Source: a bacterium (lineage in GTDB: Bacteria > Hydrothermota > Tepidihabitantia > Tepidihabitantales > Tepidihabitantaceae). From it: 14,863 bases of DNA. Every line of letters starts with the position of its first letter. The first letter of the stretch is position 1. Of this stretch, positions 1-6,431 are shown in pieces. The stretch covers positions 1 to 14,863 of the forward strand of contig JAWOHE010000097.1 of the NCBI GenBank assembly GCA_046485285.1. Reading direction: 5' to 3'. A program made the position numbers and the translations under genes. Below the pieces are notes generated by a model. It made no database searches and was not told where the DNA came from. It was given only the letters and a program-made list of their open reading frames with translations.

Positions 1-2
1 GG

Positions 3-209
3 ACGCCGCTCGACAATGCGCCGATGGAGAGCTTCATCAAGACCTTCAAAGCCGAGTTTGTCCGCCGGCACAGCTTCGAGACGAGAGAGGAGGCACTAAC
101 GGAGGCTGGCAACTACCTGCAGCTGTTCTATAATTGTGAGCGAAGACACTCAGCCTTGGGCTACATCAGCCCGGCCGAGTACGAGAAGCAGTTGAGAAAC
201 CACGCCTAA
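3..209 (+). CDS. IS3-family transposase OrfB, C-terminal part (5'-truncated)
   Basis: The frame is open from base 3: TPLDNAPMESFIKTFKAE...YLQLFYNCERRHSALGYISPAEYE. It shows the typical IS3 DNAxxESF (catalytic E) and YNxxRxHSxLGYxSP motifs. The ATG at 24 is internal. Confidence 0.93.
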   Translation, partial: TPLDNAPMESFIKTFKAEFVRRHSFETREEALTEAGNYLQLFYNCERRHSALGYISPAEYEKQLRNHA

Positions 210-239
210 CTGCGTGTCCACAATATTGGGGGCAGTCCA
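210..239 (+). repeat. Putative IS3 right terminal inverted repeat (IRR)
   Basis: Starts right after the transposase TAA, has the TGTCCA...GGGG...TCCA pattern typical of IS3 ends, and ends in CA. The left repeat is outside the window, so pairing cannot be checked. Confidence 0.7.
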
Positions 240-407
240 GACAGCCTGCCGCCGTGTCCCCGATGGCGAACGGCGGGACTGCCACCCTTGCCAGGCATCG
301 AGACTGCCGGCGCAGGGCCTGTCCTGCCTGAACCGACCTGGATCCATCCAGTCAGCCGGGCGGGGCGAATGGCTTGAAATAATAGTCCGACACACCGATA
401 GTCCAGC

Positions 408-435
408 TTGACAACCATTTTATCCGCGCTAGCGT
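408..435 (+). promoter_or_regulatory. Putative sigma70-type promoter of the MMPL operon
   Basis: Perfect TTGACA (408-413), 16-bp spacer, TAGCGT (430-435) in an AT-rich patch. TATTAT at 435-440 is an alternative -10, but its spacing is too long. Confidence 0.55.
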
Positions 436-451
436 ATTATACGGCATACGA

Positions 452-2725
452 ATGATGCATGATAGTGGACGGTCTACCAACCGCCGGCCGGGCCCGGCAA
501 ACTGGCTTGCCAGGCTGGTCGAGCGGCGGCCCGCGCTGGTGCTGGCGATAGTGGTGGTGTTGACCGCGGCCTGCGTACCATTTCTGTTCCGGCTCCGACC
601 CGAGGCCGACCTGTCTCGGCTCCTGCCCTCGAGCGAGCCGGGCATCGAGGTACTCCAGGTCGTCGATCGGGAGTTCGGCGGGTCGGAGCAGGTGGCGGTT
701 GTTGTCGAGGCGGCTGACATCTTCGCGCCGGCCACGCTCGTGGCGCTGGACGAGCTGGTCCGGGAGCTCGAGGCGCTGGCGGGGGTGAACAAGGTCGAAG
801 CGCTCTCCACGCTCGAGGACGTTGTCGGCCGGGGCGACGAGCTGTACGTGAGCCGCGTGGTCGAGAGCATTCCGCACGACCCGGTCCGGGTCCGGGAGCT
901 GCGCAAACAGGTACTGGCCGATTCCCGCTACCGAGACGTGCTGGTCGACAGCGAGGGCCGGGCGACCTTGTTGCTCGTCAGGCTGGTGCCCGGGCTCGAC
1001 AAGTCCGCGGCAGTCGCTGAGATCGAGCGGGTGGTGAGGGCCGCCGGGAGCGACGACCGGGTCACGCTGACCGGCAACGCAGCCTTGACCCGCTACGTGC
1101 AGGGCTGGATGCTGCGGGACCTCCTCTGGCTGCTGCCGCTGGCGGTCTTCGTGCTGGCTGGCGTCCTGCTCGCAAGCTTCCGCGACTGGCGCGGGCTGTT
1201 GCCGCTGGTCGCGGTTGTCGTGGTGCTGGTCTGGACCTTCGGCCTGGTCGGGCTTTGCCGTCAGCAGCTGACAGTAGTGCTCGTCGTCCTGCCGCCGATA
1301 CTGGTCGCGGTCGGAAGCGCCTACGGGATCCACGTGCTGAACCGCTGGCAGGCCGAGCGTCGAGCCGGCGCGACCGACGCCGCGGGCCGAAGCGTCAGCG
1401 GAGTCGGCCTACCGGTGTTCCTGGCGATGGCGACAACCGTCGTCGGGTTTGGCAGCAACGTGGTGATGACGGTCCCGGCCATCCGGTGGTTCGGGGTCTT
1501 CTCGTCGCTGGGTGTGGTCCTGTCGTTCGTGCTGGCACTAACCTTTGTGCCCGCGGTGCTGAAGCTGGCCGCCCGGGGACGGCCGCCAGCTGGCCGCCCG
1601 GCTCGGCAGAGCCGGTTCTGGCCCAGCTGGGTGCGGGCGACAGAGCGAGGCCGCCGGACGATTCCTGCCTTCGCGCTTGGCCTCCTCGTCGTCGCGGCTG
1701 TCTTCGTACCCCGGCTCTCGACCGAGACCGACTTCGTCCAGTACCTTAAGGCCGGGTCGGACCCGGTTCACGCCTCCGAAGTCATCAACTCGCGGTTCGG
1801 CGGCTACATGCAGTTCGAGGTGATCATCGAGGGCGACATCCAGGACCCGGGGCTGCTTGGCAGGATCGAGACATTCGAACGCGGACTCGGCTGCGTCCCG
1901 CACGTTACCCACACCCAGTCCCTGGCCGGCATCCTGCGGACGACAAACCGGGCCTTCAACTCCGGGGACATCGCGTTCGAGCAGCTGCCCGGGAGTCGGG
2001 CCGAGGTCGCCCAGTACCTCCTGCTGCTGTCGTTCTCAGGCGGAGATTTTCTCGCCGACTACGTGACCCCGGATTGCCGGCTGGCCCGGGTGACCGCGCG
2101 GTTCGACCGGCAGGAATCGGCGGAAATCGGCCGGGCGGCAACGGTTATCCGTCGGCTCATCGCCGGAACATTCACCCCGGGCGAGAAGGTCACTCTCGGC
2201 GGGATGCCAATCGCGACCTGGGCCCTGCATCGGAGCATCCAGTCGAGCCAGATGTTGACACTGATGTTGGCGCTGGTCGGGGTCTTTTTCCTGGTGGCGA
2301 TTGCGTTCCAGTCTGCCCGACTCGGGCTCGCGGCGCTGGTGCCGGTCGGCCTGGTTGTCGGACTCAACTTCGGCGCGATGGGGCTCCTTGGGATCCGGGT
2401 CGACATCGTCACCGCGATGCTGGGCTCGATCGCGGTCGGTATCGGCATTGACTACGCTTGCCACCTTATCGCCCGCTGGCGGGAGGAGCGCGGGGGCGGA
2501 TCGGAAGGCCGACTGCTCCGGACCGTCACCGGGGTCGGGCCGGCGGTGCTGACAAATGCGCTCGCGGTATCGCTCGGGTTCCTCGTGCTGGCATTCTCGA
2601 GTCTGGTCATCATCCAGCGGTTCGGGGTGCTTATCACCGAGATGACGCTGCTGGCCGCGCTTGCCGCCCTTGGCGTCGTCCCGGCATTGTTCAGTCTTGC
2701 TAACAGAAACAGGAGAAAGAGATGA
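452..2725 (+). CDS. MMPL/RND-superfamily transporter (two-repeat, HAE2/HAE3-like)
   Basis: 757 aa with two repeats of TM1 + periplasmic domain + 5 TMs. Motifs include FGG in both halves, VGSAYGIH (TM4), GIGIDYACH (TM10), AMATTVVGF and TNALAVSLGF. Confidence 0.92.
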   Translation: MMHDSGRSTNRRPGPANWLARLVERRPALVLAIVVVLTAACVPFLFRLRPEADLSRLLPSSEPGIEVLQVVDREFGGSEQVAVVVEAADIFAPATLVALDELVRELEALAGVNKVEALSTLEDVVGRGDELYVSRVVESIPHDPVRVRELRKQVLADSRYRDVLVDSEGRATLLLVRLVPGLDKSAAVAEIERVVRAAGSDDRVTLTGNAALTRYVQGWMLRDLLWLLPLAVFVLAGVLLASFRDWRGLLPLVAVVVVLVWTFGLVGLCRQQLTVVLVVLPPILVAVGSAYGIHVLNRWQAERRAGATDAAGRSVSGVGLPVFLAMATTVVGFGSNVVMTVPAIRWFGVFSSLGVVLSFVLALTFVPAVLKLAARGRPPAGRPARQSRFWPSWVRATERGRRTIPAFALGLLVVAAVFVPRLSTETDFVQYLKAGSDPVHASEVINSRFGGYMQFEVIIEGDIQDPGLLGRIETFERGLGCVPHVTHTQSLAGILRTTNRAFNSGDIAFEQLPGSRAEVAQYLLLLSFSGGDFLADYVTPDCRLARVTARFDRQESAEIGRAATVIRRLIAGTFTPGEKVTLGGMPIATWALHRSIQSSQMLTLMLALVGVFFLVAIAFQSARLGLAALVPVGLVVGLNFGAMGLLGIRVDIVTAMLGSIAVGIGIDYACHLIARWREERGGGSEGRLLRTVTGVGPAVLTNALAVSLGFLVLAFSSLVIIQRFGVLITEMTLLAALAALGVVPALFSLANRNRRKR

Positions 2726-3450
2726 CACGACAGATAGTTACGCTCGTGTTGGTGCTCGCCGGCATCGGCCGGCCCACGCCAAACGGACAGGACGTGCTTG
2801 ACCGGATGAAGGCCCGGACCGTGGCCCGGGACCGGACGATGTCAGCGCTGATGACAATCCGGGATCGGAACGGCCGCGAACAGAGCCGCGCGATCCGGTC
2901 AATCATGAAGGGCAACGACCGGATGATGGTCACCTTCACCGCGCCGGTGGACCTGGCCGGCGTGACGTTTCTGAGCACGCCGGGCGGCAACATGTCGGTC
3001 TACCTGCCTGCGAGCGGCCGGGTCCGCCGCGTGGCCGGGAGCATGGTCGGCGAGGGTTTCGGCGGATCGGACTTCTCGTACGGGGAAATGGCCGACATCT
3101 CGTTCACCGCCCGGGACAGCATCGTGTCAGTGGCAGGCGTCGAGCTGGCCGGTCGGGCGGCCTGGCTCCTCACGATTGACGCGGGCAACGGCGCGCGGAC
3201 CCGACTCTGGACTGATTGCGAGCGCGACCTTCCGCTCCAGGTCGAGAAGGTCGGCGCCTCGGGTGCGGTCGAGAAGCGGGTCGAGTTCGGAGACTTCAGG
3301 TCGGCCGGCGATCTCCGTCTGCCCGGGCAGATCGTGATGCACGATCTCAAGAAGGGGAGCGTGACGACGATCACCGTGCGCGAATTCGAGCTCAATGTCG
3401 GCCTGCCCGACAGCCGATTTACCGAGGCGGGCATGAAGCGGGGGGCGTGA
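2722..3450 (+). CDS. Outer-membrane lipoprotein-sorting (LolA-like) periplasmic protein
   Basis: Signal peptide and the family motifs FTAPVDLAGVTFL, YLPASGRVRRV, FGGSDFSYGEM and NVGLPDSRFT. ATGA overlap with the MMPL stop codon. Confidence 0.88.
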   Translation: MTRQIVTLVLVLAGIGRPTPNGQDVLDRMKARTVARDRTMSALMTIRDRNGREQSRAIRSIMKGNDRMMVTFTAPVDLAGVTFLSTPGGNMSVYLPASGRVRRVAGSMVGEGFGGSDFSYGEMADISFTARDSIVSVAGVELAGRAAWLLTIDAGNGARTRLWTDCERDLPLQVEKVGASGAVEKRVEFGDFRSAGDLRLPGQIVMHDLKKGSVTTITVREFELNVGLPDSRFTEAGMKRGA

Positions 3451-4754
3451 TGGATGCCACGATCCTGCTCGCGGTTCTGGTCGCGGCCGGGGGCGTGAAC
3501 GCAGATCTCTCGAGCCGCCTTAACCTGCGCTGGGCGGAACCGGAGAGCGCCTGGCTGAGCTGGCTAGAAACCCGGGCCGCGCTGACTCTCGAACCACTGC
3601 GCGCGGACCGCGTCGCCAGCCGCATCGGGGTAGAGTTGCGTGCACGCGCGTTCCCGGCGGTGTCATCCCTGTTCGGGTCCGGCCAGGCCGCGGAGGCGGA
3701 GCCGGTCGAAGTTCTGCTCGGTGAGGCCTATGTGCGGATGTTCGACCTCGTGCCCGGGCTGAACTTCGGGCTAGGCCGCCAGCTCGTCCACTGGGGTTCG
3801 GCCGACGCCATCAACCCGACCAACCTGCTCTGCGCCCCGGACTACACCGACCCGCTTTCGTGGGATGCCCGGCGGCCGGCATGGCTTGCACACGCGGAGT
3901 ACGCGCCGGTGTCGCACTTCGGGATTGAGCTGGCCTGGCGGCCGGTGTTCGAGCCGGCGCTGACCGGGACATCAGGCTGGTTCCCGACCGCCCGGCTGAT
4001 GCCGACGGAGGAGGAATTGCGGCTTGGTCTGGTCCGGCAGTTCCTCGAACAGGGCGTGCCGGCCGAATCCGCGCAGGTCTGGGCCGCGCGGTACCGGGTC
4101 ACGGTCGGCGAGGACTACCGTCTGCCCGGCCGGACCCTAGCTGACGGCTCAGGGGGCGGCCGGGTCAGGTCCCGGCTCGGCCCGGTCGACGTCTCGGCCG
4201 GCGTGCTGCGCGGCTATGACTTCCTGCCCTCGGTAACGCCGGTGACCGCGGTCCGGCCCGAGACACAGCAAATCGACTTCAGCCTTCTCACCCGCTACCC
4301 GCGGGCCACGTTCCTGGGCGCTGATATCGCGACCGACCTTCTCGGCGCCGGGCTGTGGGCCGAGGCGGCGTGGACGCGCTACGACGATTCGTTACCTGGC
4401 GACCGGCTTGACCTCATCTGCGGCGCTGACTATACGCTGGCCGGACTCTATGGCAATCTCCAGTACCTCCGCGGTCGTTTCCCGCTGGCATTGGCCTCCG
4501 GCGTCGAGGCCGGCAATTACCTGCTCGGCGCGGTCGAGCGTCGGTTCCTCGGCGAGCACATGCTCCTTCGGCTGGGCGGGGTGGTCGAGGTCGGCGACCG
4601 CTCGTGGGGGCTGTTGCCACTCGCCCGCTGGATACCGCTGTCCGGGCTCGAGGTCGAACTCGGCGGGCTCGCGTTCACCGGGACGGGCGATGACGTCTTC
4701 GCGCCCCTCGACAGGAACGACGAAGTCTACCTCGGATTCCGCTACCGGTTCTAG
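3450..4754 (+). CDS. Putative outer-membrane beta-barrel protein (DUF1302-like/porin)
   Basis: True start is probably ATG 3450 (TGATG overlap), giving signal peptide MDATILLAVLVAAGGVNA. It has EAYV...GRQLVHWGSADAINPTN, alternating amphipathic strands, and a C-terminal beta-signal YLGFRYRF. Confidence 0.8.
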   Translation: MDATILLAVLVAAGGVNADLSSRLNLRWAEPESAWLSWLETRAALTLEPLRADRVASRIGVELRARAFPAVSSLFGSGQAAEAEPVEVLLGEAYVRMFDLVPGLNFGLGRQLVHWGSADAINPTNLLCAPDYTDPLSWDARRPAWLAHAEYAPVSHFGIELAWRPVFEPALTGTSGWFPTARLMPTEEELRLGLVRQFLEQGVPAESAQVWAARYRVTVGEDYRLPGRTLADGSGGGRVRSRLGPVDVSAGVLRGYDFLPSVTPVTAVRPETQQIDFSLLTRYPRATFLGADIATDLLGAGLWAEAAWTRYDDSLPGDRLDLICGADYTLAGLYGNLQYLRGRFPLALASGVEAGNYLLGAVERRFLGEHMLLRLGGVVEVGDRSWGLLPLARWIPLSGLEVELGGLAFTGTGDDVFAPLDRNDEVYLGFRYRF

Positions 4755-4774
4755 CCTGGTCCGGGAATAACGGG

Positions 4775-4804
4775 TTGACGGGACCGGGCCGACCGGGTTA
4801 TGAT
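4775..4804 (+). promoter_or_regulatory. Putative sigma70-type promoter
   Basis: TTGACG (4775-4780), 18-bp spacer, TATGAT (4799-4804). An in-frame GTG lies at 4810. Confidence 0.6.
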
Positions 4805-4809
4805 TGCCC

Positions 4810-5586
4810 GTGGCTCGTCGCTCAGCATGGTCCAGCATCACCCGGCTCGAGAGCGAGACGCCGATGCTGGTCGCGATCGTCCCGCGACTGAAGGACTGGT
4901 CGCTGTTGCGCGACCGTAACTGGTACCGTATCCCCGTGCGGACCGCGCCCGAGAACCTGCCCGACTGCCGCTACCTGGCATTCTACCAGCCGGGCGCGTT
5001 CGGGGCCGAGAAGTGGCGGGTGAGCTGGTACGCGCGGGTGCGGGACATCTCGGCCGCGACACGGCGCGAGCTCCTGCCGGACGAGCCCGGCCACCCGAGG
5101 GCCGGCGATGCCTACTGGCGGGTCGAGGTGGACGGGCTGTTGCGCCTGCCCCGGCCGATACCGAGCCGGCGGCAACGCCGGGTTGTCTTCATCCCGACGA
5201 CGCTCGAACGCCTGCTGGTGGCGGAGGAGCTCAACGACCTCTACCGGACGACGCCGATCGAGGACCGGCTCTACTACCGCCTGCGCGACACCGGGCTGAC
5301 ACCGGAGCGCCTGTTCTTCCTGCGCGAGGGCGGGCGGGGCCGGGAGCTCGACCTCGCGCTGTTCTGCCGGGAGGGCGGGCTCAACGTCGAGTGCGACGGC
5401 GAGCAGTATCACGCCGGACCGGACAAGGCCGAGGCCGACCGGGCGCGCGACAACGCGCTGGCCGCGGATGGCTGGCGGATCCTGCGATTCAGCGGCCGGG
5501 AGATAACCCGCAAGCCGGCGGAGTGCGTCCGGACCGTGCGCCGGGCGGTGCGCCGGCTGGGCGGGGAGACGGAGGTACCCCGGTAG
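4810..5586 (+). CDS. DUF559/Vsr-like PD-(D/E)XK endonuclease with an uncharacterised N-terminal domain
   Basis: The C-terminal domain TPIE...ELDLAL...VECDGEQYH...DRARDNALAADGWRILRF is typical DUF559. The N-terminal ~130 aa carry WYRIP and YLAFYQP. The start is uncertain (GTG 4810 or ATG 4864). Confidence 0.85.
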   Translation: MARRSAWSSITRLESETPMLVAIVPRLKDWSLLRDRNWYRIPVRTAPENLPDCRYLAFYQPGAFGAEKWRVSWYARVRDISAATRRELLPDEPGHPRAGDAYWRVEVDGLLRLPRPIPSRRQRRVVFIPTTLERLLVAEELNDLYRTTPIEDRLYYRLRDTGLTPERLFFLREGGRGRELDLALFCREGGLNVECDGEQYHAGPDKAEADRARDNALAADGWRILRFSGREITRKPAECVRTVRRAVRRLGGETEVPR

Positions 5587-5777
5587 TGCTGGAGTTCATC
5601 GTCGGCCTCGGTTTCGCGGTCTCGATCGGCGCGGCGCTGGCCTGGGTCCTGCTCCGGCTGTTGCGGATGCGGACGACCGAGGTACGCGGCCGGCGATCGC
5701 GGGCCGAGCTGAGCGACGAGGAGCTTGCCGGGCTGCTGAAGTCCGAGGACGAAGCCGGACCGGGCGAGGAGCAGTGA
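5586..5777 (+). CDS. Small single-pass membrane protein (63 aa), hypothetical
   Basis: GTG at 5586 overlaps the upstream TAG and has an SD GGAGGT at 5571-5576. Sequence MLEFIVGLGFAVSIGAALAWVLLRLLRMR... followed by a charged tail. Its stop overlaps the next start (GTGA), so it fills the gap exactly. Confidence 0.75.
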   Translation: MLEFIVGLGFAVSIGAALAWVLLRLLRMRTTEVRGRRSRAELSDEELAGLLKSEDEAGPGEEQ

Positions 5778-6400
5778 GCGAGCACCGGTCGAACCTGGTC
5801 GCGGTCGCCATCGTCAGCGCGGCGTACATCGGCGCGCAGATGATGTCGGACGTCGCCAGCCTGCGCATCGTCACGCTGGTCGGTTTCTCGATCGACGCCG
5901 GGACGCTCGTCTACCCGTTCACCTTCACGCTCCGCGACCTCGTCCACAAGACCGGCGGCATCCGCGTCGCGCGGGCGCTGGTCGTCGCGGCCGGCGCGAT
6001 AAACCTGTTGATGGCCGGGCTGTTCTGGCTTGTCGCCCGGATGCCGGCGGACCTGTCGGTCGGTCCCCAGCTCGAGTTCGGCGTGGTCCTCGGCCCGGTC
6101 TGGCGCATCGTCATCGCCTCGATTGTCGCCGAGGTCGGCTCCGAGCTGGTCGACGGCGAGGTCTACCAGCAGTGGGTGGACCGGTTCGGGATGAAGCGGC
6201 AGTGGCTGCGGGTGCTGTCGTCGAACTCGATCAGCGTCCCGCTCGACTCGCTGCTGTTCTGCGGCCTCGCGTTCATCGGCCGGATGCCGCTCGGGGTCGT
6301 CGTCGCGATCTTCGTCGCCAACGTCGTGCTCAAGTACGCGGTGACGCTCGTGTCGCTGCCGATGATCTACCTCGTCCGGGAGCGGAGGCCGACGGCTTGA
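5774..6400 (+). CDS. yhhQ: Queuosine precursor (preQ0/preQ1) transporter, YhhQ/VUT family
   Basis: 208-aa hydrophobic protein with family motifs AGTLVYPFTFTLRDLVH, RIVIASIVAE..SELVD and RVLSSNSISVPLDSLLF...AF. Confidence 0.88.
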   Translation: MSEHRSNLVAVAIVSAAYIGAQMMSDVASLRIVTLVGFSIDAGTLVYPFTFTLRDLVHKTGGIRVARALVVAAGAINLLMAGLFWLVARMPADLSVGPQLEFGVVLGPVWRIVIASIVAEVGSELVDGEVYQQWVDRFGMKRQWLRVLSSNSISVPLDSLLFCGLAFIGRMPLGVVVAIFVANVVLKYAVTLVSLPMIYLVRERRPTA

Positions 6401-6424
6401 CTCGACCGGGCCGGTCAGTAGATT
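6397..6424 (+). promoter_or_regulatory. Putative sigma70-type promoter of aspS (likely leaderless)
   Basis: TTGACT (6397-6402, overlapping the yhhQ TGA), 16-bp spacer, TAGATT (6419-6424). The ATG at 6432 follows after 7 nt with no SD. Confidence 0.6.
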
Positions 6425-6431
6425 GGCGACG

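Larger units (their letters stand above)
1..239 (+). mobile_element. IS3-family insertion sequence, right end (partial, cut by window start)
   Basis: C-terminal integrase-core transposase segment followed directly by an IS3-like terminus, gtgtccacaatattgggggcagtcCA, ending in CA at 238-239. Confidence 0.88.

Noticed and set aside
150..418. Small ORFs between the IS and the MMPL gene
   Set aside because: They cross the IS boundary and lack SD sequences and recognisable motifs.
3216..3449. N-terminal extension of the barrel ORF as given in the track
   Set aside because: It overlaps the LolA-like gene and is Arg-rich with no recognisable motif. The signal peptide begins at ATG 3450.
5013..5585. 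Long version of ORF 5013-5777
   Set aside because: It is off-frame within the nuclease gene. Only 5586-5777 has an SD and protein-like composition.
5700..5774. preQ1 riboswitch upstream of yhhQ
   Set aside because: The region is coding with no intergenic space, and no AGAGGTTCTAG-like or A-rich preQ1 motif is visible.
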